A stretch of DNA of 64,000 nt from Planctomycetota bacterium (GTDB taxonomy: Bacteria > Planctomycetota > UBA1135 > JAKEFM01), in NCBI GenBank assembly GCA_035695825.1, contig DASRRH010000031.1:83648-147647 (forward strand). The letters are read 5' to 3'. Both the position numbers and the translations under genes were made by a program. Each line of letters starts with the position of its first letter. The stretch's first letter is position 1. The notes below the pieces were generated by a model. It made no database searches. It saw only the letters and a program-made list of their open reading frames with translations, and was not told the DNA's origin. This document shows positions 17,760 through 26,326 of this stretch, piece by piece.

Positions 17760-18023
17760 ATGACTCGATCTGATTTCCCTCGGGACGTCGCGCGGAGGAT
17801 CCTCCGCCGCGCGGAGCAGGGCGAGAAGGCCGTCGTCGTCGTGTTCAAACGCGGGAGGCCCTCTCGCGTCTTCGGCCTGGAGGAGTACCGGAAGCAGCAG
17901 CAGGTTCCTGTGAAGAACCAGATCTGGAAGCGGCGGCGTGCGAGCGGCGGCGGCCCGAATCCGCTGCGCGCCATCGAGGGGCGGGTCCTCGGATCGATCC
18001 GGCGCGAGGACATCTACGAGTGA
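17760..18023 (+). CDS. Putative antitoxin of the downstream PIN toxin
   Basis: 87 aa. Ends 3 nt before the PIN gene and is preceded by the only AT-rich stretch in the area (17720-17759). The family is not recognised. Confidence 0.55.
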   Translation: MTRSDFPRDVARRILRRAEQGEKAVVVVFKRGRPSRVFGLEEYRKQQQVPVKNQIWKRRRASGGGPNPLRAIEGRVLGSIRREDIYE

Positions 18024-18026
18024 ACC

Positions 18027-18515
18027 GTGGAGCGGGCCCTCCTCGACACGAACGTCCTCGTCCACGCCGTCTACCGGGGTTCCCCCCTGCACCGGGCCGC
18101 CGCGACGCTGGTCGAGCACGGGCTGACGAGGAGGGGCGCCTTCTGCATCTCGCCGCAGAACCTCGTCGAGTTCGCCGCTGTCGTCACGCGGCCCCGCTTC
18201 GTGGATCCGCCCCTCGACCCGAAGGCGTGCGCGGAGAGGGCGTGGGGGCTGTACCGCTCCCGCACGCTCGCGAAGATCTATCCCAAGCGCGGGACGGTGC
18301 TCCGCGCCTTCCGCGAAGGGGCCGCTCGGGGGATCCTGGGGCCGGGATGGTACGACCTCTACCTTGCCGCCACGATGCAGGATGCACGGGTCCGGACGAT
18401 CGTCACCGAAAACGCGGCGGACTTCCGAAGGTTCGACTTCCTAAAGGTCCTCTCCGTCGAGGAGGCGAGAAGGCGAATCGCCGAGGAGGAGGACTCGCCC
18501 GCGTCCTCCGAGTGA
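18027..18515 (+). CDS. vapC: PIN-domain ribonuclease toxin (VapC-like)
   Basis: 162 aa. N-terminal acidic motif LLDTNVLVHA, mid-region SPQNLVEF and C-terminal VTENAADF fit the PIN acidic quartet layout. Confidence 0.8.
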   Translation: MERALLDTNVLVHAVYRGSPLHRAAATLVEHGLTRRGAFCISPQNLVEFAAVVTRPRFVDPPLDPKACAERAWGLYRSRTLAKIYPKRGTVLRAFREGAARGILGPGWYDLYLAATMQDARVRTIVTENAADFRRFDFLKVLSVEEARRRIAEEEDSPASSE

Positions 18516-18878
18516 CCGCCTCCCCGCTCCGTCGGTGTCGGCGCTCGACTCGGATCGGTCGCGACCGGGGCGAAGGCCGCTCGCGCGAGGTCCTGTTCCC
18601 TGCCCCCACGCCGATCGGGAGGGGAAGGGGCGCGCGCCCTTCCGCGTCCACGGTCTGCGGGAGGACCGGAGGGCGCAGCGGTATCCGGTGAAGGACCGAG
18701 GCCCGCGGCGAGAGGTCCCCGGAGGAGGGTGCGGGAGCTCCCGCGGGAGGGGCGACCCGTTCGGAGGCGCGCCCCGATCCTGACCCGGCGGGCCCATTCG
18801 GATTTTCGATTCTCCCGATCGGCCCCTCGGAGCGGAAACTCCCTAGCTCGCCCTCCCGGGCGAAGGAGAACCGATCCC

Positions 18879-19859
18879 TTGAAGCCGTCTTTCCCCCTCC
18901 TCTTCGCCCTCCTCGCGGGACCGGCCCAGTCCCCGGATTCGGGAGTTCCCCGCGACGCCTCGGCGAAGTCCGCCCCGGGGCTGCAGGCGACGCGCAAGTT
19001 CGAGTTCACCTACCGCGCCGAGGTGAAGGAACTCCCCGCCGGGGCGAAGCGGGTCGAGCTCTGGATTCCGGTGCCGCCGGACGACGCCTTCCAGACCATC
19101 GCGAATCTCCAGGTCGAGTGCCCCGTCCCCCACGCCTTCACGACGGAGAAGGAGTACGGGAACCGCCTGCTCCACGTCCTCGCCGAGCCCGCCGCCCCCT
19201 TCGCCGTGACGATGCGCTTCGAGGCGAACCGCGCGGAGCAGAAGGCGGCGCCCGCCCCCGGTAGGGAGAAGCTCCGCCCCCGGCTCCTCGCTCCCGACCT
19301 CCTCGTTCCGCTCGAGGGGAAGGCGAAGGAGCTGGCGGCCTCGATCGCCCCGGGCGCCCGCTCGACGGGCGAGAAGGCCCGCGCCCTCTACGACCACGTC
19401 CTCTCGAGGATGAGCTACGACAAGTCGGGGAAGGGGTGGGGGCGCGGGGACTTCCAGTACGCGTGCGAGGTCGGGAAGGGGAACTGCACCGACTTCCACG
19501 CGATGTTCATCGGCCTCGCGCGGGCGAGCGCGATCCCCGCCCTCTTCGAGATCGGCTTCTCCATCCCGACGGACAAGACCGAGGGGGAGGTCGCGGGCTA
19601 CCACTGCTGGGCGGAGTTCGAGAACGCCGCGGAGGTGTGGGTGCCGACGGACATCTCCGAGGCGTCCAAGAACCCCCCGATGCGCGAGTACTATTTCGGT
19701 CGCCTGACCCCCGACCGGATCGTCCTCTCCCGCGGCCGCGACCTCACGTTCGAGCCGAAGCAGGCGGGCCCGCCCGTGAACTTCCTCGTCTACCCCTACC
19801 TCGAGGTGGACGGCAAGCCGGCCGAGGCGGCCCGGAAGTTCTCCTTCCGGAACCTCTAG
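18879..19859 (+). CDS. Secreted transglutaminase-like cysteine protease family protein
   Basis: In frame with track ORF 18729..19859. TTG 18879 lies 10 nt after AAGGAG and begins a signal-like LKPSFPLLFALLAGPAQS. Cys-His-Asp core: GKGNCTDFHAMFIGLARASAIPA, GYHCWAEF, WVPTDIS. Confidence 0.75.
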   Translation: MKPSFPLLFALLAGPAQSPDSGVPRDASAKSAPGLQATRKFEFTYRAEVKELPAGAKRVELWIPVPPDDAFQTIANLQVECPVPHAFTTEKEYGNRLLHVLAEPAAPFAVTMRFEANRAEQKAAPAPGREKLRPRLLAPDLLVPLEGKAKELAASIAPGARSTGEKARALYDHVLSRMSYDKSGKGWGRGDFQYACEVGKGNCTDFHAMFIGLARASAIPALFEIGFSIPTDKTEGEVAGYHCWAEFENAAEVWVPTDISEASKNPPMREYYFGRLTPDRIVLSRGRDLTFEPKQAGPPVNFLVYPYLEVDGKPAEAARKFSFRNL

Positions 19860-19875
19860 GGGCTTCCCCGGCGGC

Positions 19876-20349
19876 TCACGCCGAGCGCCGGACGTCGAGG
19901 ATCTGGAGCCGGAGCAGCCCCGCCGGCACGCGCACCTCGGCGACGATCCCCTTCGTCTTGCCGACGAGGCCCGCGGCGAGCGGCGCCGTGTAGGGGATCT
20001 CCCCCGCGTCCGGGTCGAAGGCTCCGCCCCCGACGATCCGGTAGACGATTTCCTTCCCCCGGTCGAGGTCCCGGACGCGGACCGTCATCCCGATCTGTAC
20101 CGTCCCGTCGTCGGGGGGGAGCTTCGTCAGGATCCGCGAGCGGAGGAGGAGCTCCCGCGCGTCGATGAGCCGCGCCTCCTGAAAGCGCATTTCCTCGCGG
20201 GCCGCGTCGAGCTCGGCGTTCTCCGAGAGGTCGCCGTGGTCGGCGGCCTCGCCGCACTTGCGCGCGGCGTCGGCGAGCTTCTCCTCGATCGCGCGGACCT
20301 GCTCCTCGAGCTTGCGGTACTGCTCGGACGTGACCCAGTTCTCGGCCAT
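19876..20349 (-). CDS. greA: Transcription elongation factor GreA
   Basis: The tail of track ORF 19876..21186 reads MAENWVTSEQYRKLEEQVRAIEEKL...GDLSENAELDAAREEMRFQEARL...YRIVGGGAFDPDAGEIPYTAPLAAGLVGK. ATG at 20349. Confidence 0.9.
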   Translation of the reverse strand: MAENWVTSEQYRKLEEQVRAIEEKLADAARKCGEAADHGDLSENAELDAAREEMRFQEARLIDARELLLRSRILTKLPPDDGTVQIGMTVRVRDLDRGKEIVYRIVGGGAFDPDAGEIPYTAPLAAGLVGKTKGIVAEVRVPAGLLRLQILDVRRSA

Positions 20350-20493
20350 CGGCGGGTTGCGGGGGGCCCTCCATCGACTCCCGGGGGGCGCCACTATAGC
20401 GGAGGGGCGCCGCCTCCGCGGCGGGCTACAATCGCCCCCGCCCGCGCAGCCGCCTTGGCCGAAGATGCCGCCCTTCCGGGCCCCCCCCCTCCC

Positions 20494-21195
20494 GTGGCCG
20501 GTCTGCGGCCGGGGTCGCAGCCGCCCGGGCGAACCGACCGCCCCGCTTCGCGTCCGAACCCCCCGCGTCCGCTCGCGCTCTCGGACGGACGGCCCGCCGG
20601 GGCGGCGGCCGGGGAAGACCCCGACCTCCTCGCCCTGCGGGCGATCCGAGCCGGGGATCGGGACGCGTACCGCGCGCTCGTGGAGAAGTACCAGCGAAAG
20701 ATCTTCTCGCTCGCCGGACGCACGCTCGGCGGCGGCCGCGAGGACGCCGCCGACCACGCCCAGGAGATCTTCCTCAAGGCGTACCGCGGGCTCCTCGCGT
20801 TCCGGGAGGAGTCGCGCTTCTCGACCTACCTCCACCGCGTGGCCGTGAACCACTGCGTGAGCGAGATCCGCCGGCGCTCCGCCGCGAAGCGGGGGGAAGC
20901 AATCTCGCTCGACGGCCCCGTCGGAGCGGGGGAGGAGAGGGCGCCGATCGAGGTCCCCGACCGGGGGAACGACCCGGCGCGGAGGGCCGCGGGGCGGGAG
21001 ATCGGCGAGGCCGTCCGCGAGGCCGTCGCCTCGCTCGAGGACGACCTTCGCGTCCTCGTCGTCCTCTTCGAGCAGCAGGGGCTCTCCTACCCCGAGATCG
21101 CCGCTTGCGTGGGTGTGCCGGTGGGGACGGTCCGCTCGAGGCTCCACCGGGCGCGGGAGATCCTGCGCGAGCGGCTCCGGAGTCACCTCGGATGA
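20494..21195 (+). CDS. ECF-type sigma-70 family sigma factor
   Basis: In track ORF 20236..21195. Region 2: AYRALVEKYQRKIFSLAGRTLGGGREDAADHAQEIFLKAYRGL..FSTYLHRVAVNHC. Region 4: LRVLVVLFEQQGLSYPEIAACVGVPVGTVRSRLHRAREIL. Start (GTG 20494) is uncertain. Confidence 0.8.
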   Translation: MAGLRPGSQPPGRTDRPASRPNPPRPLALSDGRPAGAAAGEDPDLLALRAIRAGDRDAYRALVEKYQRKIFSLAGRTLGGGREDAADHAQEIFLKAYRGLLAFREESRFSTYLHRVAVNHCVSEIRRRSAAKRGEAISLDGPVGAGEERAPIEVPDRGNDPARRAAGREIGEAVREAVASLEDDLRVLVVLFEQQGLSYPEIAACVGVPVGTVRSRLHRAREILRERLRSHLG

Positions 21196-22589
21196 ACTGC
21201 GAGCGCCTCCGCGAGGAGATCCAGGCGCGGCTCGACGAGCCGGCAGGCGCTCCCCTCCCTCCCGAGGGAGGGGCTCACCTGCGGGAATGCGCGGGGTGCG
21301 CGGCCTTCGCCCGCGAGATCGGCTCGGCCGTCGCGCTCGTGCGCGGGACGCCGGAGGAGGAGCCGCCGCCCGGCTTCGTCGAGCGCGTCATGGGGGGGAT
21401 CTCGGCGGAGGCTCCCGTCGGCGTGGCCGCCCCGGTGAGACGGCTCGTGCCGCTTCCCCTCCGGATGGCCGCGGCCGTCGCGGTGGTCGCGGTCGGCGGG
21501 TACGTGGCCTGGCGCTCGCTCTTCTCTCCGGAGGAGGAGGGGCCCCCCCTGAGGGTCGCCCGTTCGGAGGAAGCCCTCCCTCCGGCGGATGCGCGACGCC
21601 TGGAGGAGCGCCCCGACTCGCTCCTCCTCGAGGATCAGAAGAAGGACCAGGTCGAGGCGCCAAAGCCCCTCTCCGGACTCGGCTACGAGGGGGGGAAGGG
21701 GAAGTGGGAAGGCAAGGCGGGCGCGGGTGAAGGGAAGAACCTCGCCGAGCCCGCGCCGCCCGTCCCGGCTCCCTCGGCGCCGACGGCGCCTCCTCCGTCC
21801 AGCCCCGAGGGGGGAGCGGGCGCGAGGAAGGACGCGGACGAGCGGCTCCGGAAGCTCGCGGCCGCGGACGGCCTGGCCGACCGCGTCGCCGTGGAAGAGA
21901 AGGAGATGTCCACGATCGGGGGCATCGATGGCGCCGCAACCTCGACCGCCTGCGTCTCCTACTCCGTCCAGGTCGGCGACGAGAAGGCGCGGCAGCGGCT
22001 CGCGGAGCTCGCGTTTCGCTACGCGTCTCCGAAGGCCTCGGTCGACCTCGGCATCTCGCAGTCGGAGGTCGCGTCGAGGGACGGCTTCCCCTCCTCCGCC
22101 CCCGCGGCGCCGGCGAAGACCGCCGTCGCGTTCCATGCCTCGGACTCGCGGTTGCTGGACTGCCTCGTCGACCGGAACGAGCTCGCGGGGTTCGACGGAG
22201 TCCTCCGCGCGATCCCCGGGGTCTCCGTCTGGCAGGGTCCGGTCCTCGAGCGGCTCGAGCCGGCGGCGGGGTTCGCGAAGAGGTCGAACGACGAGGCCGC
22301 GGACCGGGAGGTGGAATCCCTCGCGCGCGTGGTCGAGGGGCTCGCCAGCCGGCGGCAAGCCGGGGGAGGCGAGGCCCGGAAAAGGGAGGCGCGGGAGGAG
22401 GGGCGCGTGGCCCGGGTCGTGGCAGATGGCGCGCGGGGTGAGAGAGCCCCCGCTCGGCCTACCCCGTCCGGCCCGGACTCGCCGGCCCCCGCGAGCCAGG
22501 CCGCGGCGATTCCCCCCGCGCGCCCCTGGATTCCCGTCCGGCTCTACATCCTCCTCCCCGCCCCCGCCTCGCAGCCGAGCAAGCAGTAG
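21192..22589 (+). CDS. Zinc-finger (HC2-type) anti-sigma factor, single-pass membrane protein
   Basis: ATG 21192 overlaps the sigma stop (ATGA). MNCERLREEIQARLDE...HLRECAGCAAF matches H-x3-C-x2-C. TM MAAAVAVVAVGGYVAW, then a long Ala/Pro-rich outer part. Confidence 0.65.
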   Translation: MNCERLREEIQARLDEPAGAPLPPEGGAHLRECAGCAAFAREIGSAVALVRGTPEEEPPPGFVERVMGGISAEAPVGVAAPVRRLVPLPLRMAAAVAVVAVGGYVAWRSLFSPEEEGPPLRVARSEEALPPADARRLEERPDSLLLEDQKKDQVEAPKPLSGLGYEGGKGKWEGKAGAGEGKNLAEPAPPVPAPSAPTAPPPSSPEGGAGARKDADERLRKLAAADGLADRVAVEEKEMSTIGGIDGAATSTACVSYSVQVGDEKARQRLAELAFRYASPKASVDLGISQSEVASRDGFPSSAPAAPAKTAVAFHASDSRLLDCLVDRNELAGFDGVLRAIPGVSVWQGPVLERLEPAAGFAKRSNDEAADREVESLARVVEGLASRRQAGGGEARKREAREEGRVARVVADGARGERAPARPTPSGPDSPAPASQAAAIPPARPWIPVRLYILLPAPASQPSKQ

Positions 22590-22654
22590 GCGGGCCCTTC
22601 CCGAGGGAGCGCGCGGCCCTATCCTTCCGCGCCATTTCTCCGCGCGGCCCCCTG

Positions 22655-23860
22655 ATGGAGCCCTGGCGCCGCAACCTCTCCGTCGTCTTCGCCGCGAACC
22701 TCCTCGCCTCCGTCGGGATGATGGGGTTCCTCCCGTCGTTCCCCTCGATCGTCCGCGCGCTCGGCGTGACGGGGGACGCCGCGGTCAAGGTCTGGTCGGG
22801 CCTCCTCCTCGCCGGGGCCCCCGTGATGGCAGCCTTCCTCGGGCCGGTCTGGGGTGCGATCGGAGACCGCTTCGGCCGCAAGGCGATGGTGCTCCGGGCG
22901 CTCGCCGGAATCACCCTCTTCACGGGGGCGATGAGCCTCGTCCAGAGGCCGTGGCAGCTCCTCCTCCTTCGCCTCGGACAGGGGGTCCTCTCCGGCTACA
23001 TCCCCCCCTCCCTCACCCTCGTCTCGGTCGGGGCGCCCGCCGACCGCCAGGGGCGGCTCGCCGGGACGCTCCAGTCGGCCGCGTTCGGGGGCGCGATCGG
23101 GGGGCCCCTCCTCGGCGGGCTCGTCCTCGACCACTTCGGGTTCCGCGCGGTCTTCCTCGCCTGCTCCGGGCTCGCCCTCGTAGCCTTCCTCCTCGTCGTC
23201 GCCTTCGCCGTGGAGGTCGATCCCCCCTCGAACGTCCGGCACGCGCCCCCGGGGGGGTCGTCCGTCCGCGAGGCCCTCGGAGCGGCGCTCCGCGACCTGC
23301 GCGCGACGGCGGCCGACCCTCGGCTTCGCTCCCTCCTCGTCGCTCTCTTCTCCGTCCGCTTCGGGGCCGCGATGGTCGAGCCGGTGCTCCAGCTCGTCGT
23401 CGAGCGCATGGAGGGGGTCGACGTGCGCTACCTCTCGACGATCACCGGCACCGCCTTCACGGCCCACGCCCTCGCGAACTTCCTCTCCCTCCCCGCGTGG
23501 GGGAGGTGGGGGGACCGGGCCGGCGCCGAGCGGGTCCTGCGGCTGGCGAGCCTCTGCACCGGGATCGCGTTCCTCCCGCAGGCCCTTGCCCCCTCCTGGC
23601 CCCTCCTCGCGGCCCTCCGATTCGTCTCGGGCCTCTTCTACGCGGGGATCCTCGCTTCGGCCTACGGCCTCGCGGCCGCGGCGACCGGGGCGGAGAGGAG
23701 GGGAGCCGCCTTCGGGCTCGTCTTCTCGAGCCTCGTCTTCGCGGGCGCCGTGGCGCCGATCGCCGGCGGGTGCCTCGCCGCGGTCCTCGACGTGCGCCTC
23801 CTTTTCCCGATCGGGGGCGGCCTGATGATCCTCGCCGCCCTCGCCCGGCGACGTCGCTAG
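22655..23860 (+). CDS. MFS transporter
   Basis: 401 aa, about 12 hydrophobic helices, with the MFS loop motif GAIGDRFGRKAM. Confidence 0.8.
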   Translation: MEPWRRNLSVVFAANLLASVGMMGFLPSFPSIVRALGVTGDAAVKVWSGLLLAGAPVMAAFLGPVWGAIGDRFGRKAMVLRALAGITLFTGAMSLVQRPWQLLLLRLGQGVLSGYIPPSLTLVSVGAPADRQGRLAGTLQSAAFGGAIGGPLLGGLVLDHFGFRAVFLACSGLALVAFLLVVAFAVEVDPPSNVRHAPPGGSSVREALGAALRDLRATAADPRLRSLLVALFSVRFGAAMVEPVLQLVVERMEGVDVRYLSTITGTAFTAHALANFLSLPAWGRWGDRAGAERVLRLASLCTGIAFLPQALAPSWPLLAALRFVSGLFYAGILASAYGLAAAATGAERRGAAFGLVFSSLVFAGAVAPIAGGCLAAVLDVRLLFPIGGGLMILAALARRRR

Positions 23861-23931
23861 GGGCGCGCTTGCGTGCTTCCGTCGCGAATGCTTCAATCCC
23901 ACCCTCCCTCGCCCGCCGCCCGCCCTCTCCC

Positions 23932-24798
23932 GTGTGCGCCCTGATCGCGATCGTCCACCGCGTCCCTGGGTACCCGGCGGTCCTCGGCGCGAACCGAGAC
24001 GAGTTGCGCGACCGCGGCGGCCTCTCGCCGGCCATCTTCCGGGGGAGGCGCCTCGCCGTCCTCTGTCCCCGCGACCGCCGAGCCGGCGGGACGTGGATCG
24101 GGATGAACGAGAAGGGGCTCGTCGGGGCCGTGACGAACCGTCCCGGCCCGGTCGATCCGGGGATGCGCTCGAGGGGGCAGCTCCTCCTCGACCTCCTCGC
24201 GCAGCCATCGGCCGCCGGCGCCCTCGAGTGGCTCGAGCGCGACCTGCGGCGCGCCCGCTACAACCCCTTCAACGTCCTCCTCGCGGACGAGGTGGGCTCG
24301 ACCGTCGCGCATGTCCCGAAGGGGGAGTCCGGCGGCAGCGAGTTCCGGCCCCTCGAAGCGGGCGTCCACATTCTCACGAACCTCCACGACGTGGACACCC
24401 TCCCGGTCGACGGGCTCGCGAACGCGGGCGACGTCGAGCGCGTCGAGGACGCTTTCGAGAACCTGAAGACCTTCCTCGGCGACCACACGGCGCGCGGCGC
24501 CCACGTCTTCTGCCGTCACGGGGGGGACCGCGGCACCCTCTCCTCGACGCTCGTCGCGGTCTCCGGCCGGGGCCTCGAGGGGGCCTTCTTCCTCCACGCG
24601 GAGGGAACCCCCTGCGCGACCGCGTTCCGCGACCACAGCAAGCTCGCGCGCCACCTCGCCTCGGCCGAGGATCGCCAGGCGAACCGCGACTTCGGCGGGC
24701 GAGGGGAGCCCGGGTCGGAGGAAGAGCAGGAGAGCGTCGATGGAAGTGGAGATCGTCCTCGGCGATCTCCGGGCCCTTCCGGTCGAAGGGGTCGTTAA
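23932..24798 (+). CDS. NRDE / TANGO2-family protein
   Basis: The tail of track ORF 21589..24798. GTG-TGC start (VCALIAIVH..) gives the N-terminal Cys typical of the family. Also LGANRDE, GGTWIGMNEKGLVGAVTN and YNPFNVLLAD. The last 59 nt overlap the next gene. Confidence 0.75.
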   Translation: MCALIAIVHRVPGYPAVLGANRDELRDRGGLSPAIFRGRRLAVLCPRDRRAGGTWIGMNEKGLVGAVTNRPGPVDPGMRSRGQLLLDLLAQPSAAGALEWLERDLRRARYNPFNVLLADEVGSTVAHVPKGESGGSEFRPLEAGVHILTNLHDVDTLPVDGLANAGDVERVEDAFENLKTFLGDHTARGAHVFCRHGGDRGTLSSTLVAVSGRGLEGAFFLHAEGTPCATAFRDHSKLARHLASAEDRQANRDFGGRGEPGSEEEQESVDGSGDRPRRSPGPSGRRGR

Positions 24799-25243
24799 CC
24801 CGGCGAACTCCCAGGGCGTGATGGGGGGGGGCGTCGCGGGCGCGCTCCGGCGAGCGGGGGGGGGGGAGATCGAGCGCGAGGCGCGGGCCCGCGCGCCGAT
24901 TGCCGTTGGGGAGGCGGTCGCGACGACCGCCGGGCGCCTCGCCTACCGGTTCGTCGTCCACGCGCCGACGATGGAACGGCCTGCGATGGGGACGAGCGTC
25001 GAGAAGGTCGCGCTCGCGGCGCGCGCCGCCCTCCGTTGCGCCGAGGAAGCGGGGCTTCGCTCCCTCGGCGTACCCGGCCTCGGCACGGGGGTAGGGGGAG
25101 TCGATCCCGACGCGGCCGCGGAAGCGATCGTCGAGGCGGTCGGCTCCTTCCACGGCCGGCGTCTCGAGAAAGTCGTCCTCTGCGACCTCGTGCCGGAGAT
25201 GGTCGAGGCCTTCCGCCGTGCGTGGGAGAAGCGCCGGGCTTGA
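24740..25243 (+). CDS. Macro-domain protein (ADP-ribose binding/hydrolase)
   Basis: 167 aa. MEVEIVLGDLRALPVEGVVNPANSQGVMGGGVAGALRRAGG...FVVHAPTM...LGVPGLGTGVGGV. Confidence 0.85.
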   Translation: MEVEIVLGDLRALPVEGVVNPANSQGVMGGGVAGALRRAGGGEIEREARARAPIAVGEAVATTAGRLAYRFVVHAPTMERPAMGTSVEKVALAARAALRCAEEAGLRSLGVPGLGTGVGGVDPDAAAEAIVEAVGSFHGRRLEKVVLCDLVPEMVEAFRRAWEKRRA

Positions 25244-26265
25244 GCCTGCTCCCCTGCCTTTCGACGGGCGCCCTCCTCGCCGGGGCGGTCTCCCTCGCGG
25301 GCGTCCCCCATCAGGAAGAGGAGGTCCAGGGGAAGACCCTCGCGGAGAAGGTCGAGTACTGCGGGGGCTGCCACCGGGAGATCTTCGAGGAGTGGAAGGG
25401 GAGCCTCCACGGCCGCGCCTGGACCGACCCGATCTTCCGGGCGGCCTACGCGGCGGAGCGGGGGAAGGACCCCGAGCGGGCGGCCTCGTGCGTCCCCTGC
25501 CACGCCCCGGCTCCCCTCCTCGATTCCGGCCTCGGGAAGTTCCCCCGCGCGCGGGAGGGGGACCTCGAGGTCGGGGTCGACTGCTTCGCCTGCCACGTCG
25601 GGACGCGCGGGATGTCGGGGCCGCACGGCACCAAGTACCACCGCTCGAAGGAGGAGGAGCGCTACCGCGACCCCTCCTTCTGCTACGCCTGCCACGGCCA
25701 GAGCGAGCGCGATCCCGTCCACGACCAGAAGGCGGCCTTCGAGGCGACCTCGGCCTCCTCCGGGAACAGCTGCGCCTCCTGCCACATGGAGGCGGTCGAG
25801 CGCGTCCTCTCCCAGGCGGAGGAGAAGACCCGCCGGCAGGTCGGCCGACTGAAGCCCCGCCTCTCGGGGCGGCACGACTTCCCCGGGGCGCACGACCCGA
25901 GGTTCCTCGCGAAGGCGGCCGACCTCGCCGTCTCCGTCGAGGGGAGCGAGCTCGTCGTCCGCGTCGAGGCGAAGACGGGTCACTTCCTTCCCGGGGGAGG
26001 CGACGGACGGATCGTCGCGCTCCTCGTCCGGGTCCTCGATCCCACCGGCAAGGAGGTCCTCTCAAGGGAAGAGCGATTCGACTTCGAGAAACGCCCGCTC
26101 CGTCCCGACCGCCCGGAAACTTTCCGGTTCCCCCTTCCGGTTCCGAAGGGGAAGGCGACCGTCCGCCTCGTCCACCGCCTCCTCGCCTCGCCGAAGTACG
26201 CGGCCCCGGAGGGGGCGGACCGGGCCGAGACGATCGCGGAGAAGGGGTTCGACTTCGGCTCCTGA
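25240..26265 (+). CDS. Pentahaem c-type cytochrome (secreted)
   Basis: In track ORF 25036..26265. TTG 25240 overlaps the macro stop (TTGA) and starts a signal-like LSLLPCLSTGALLAGAVSLAG. Five CxxCH motifs: CGGCH, CVPCH, CFACH, CYACH, CASCH. Confidence 0.8.
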   Translation: MSLLPCLSTGALLAGAVSLAGVPHQEEEVQGKTLAEKVEYCGGCHREIFEEWKGSLHGRAWTDPIFRAAYAAERGKDPERAASCVPCHAPAPLLDSGLGKFPRAREGDLEVGVDCFACHVGTRGMSGPHGTKYHRSKEEERYRDPSFCYACHGQSERDPVHDQKAAFEATSASSGNSCASCHMEAVERVLSQAEEKTRRQVGRLKPRLSGRHDFPGAHDPRFLAKAADLAVSVEGSELVVRVEAKTGHFLPGGGDGRIVALLVRVLDPTGKEVLSREERFDFEKRPLRPDRPETFRFPLPVPKGKATVRLVHRLLASPKYAAPEGADRAETIAEKGFDFGS

Positions 26266-26326
26266 TTCGCCGGCGGTTCCGTTCCCGGCCCTCGCGCGGC
26301 ATGCTCTCCGGGCCCCTGCAGCCCCC

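Noticed and set aside
18516-18878. 363-nt G+C-rich gap after vapC with the hairpin GGAAGGG-GCGCGC-CCCTTCC (about 18624-18644), considered as a possible ncRNA.
   Set aside because: There is a single stem with no T-tract and no recognisable RNA-family features. The evidence is insufficient to call anything beyond an intergenic region.
24374-26302. 642-aa minus-strand Arg/Pro/Gly ORF.
   Set aside because: Antisense to the macro-domain and pentahaem cytochrome genes. No recognisable motif.
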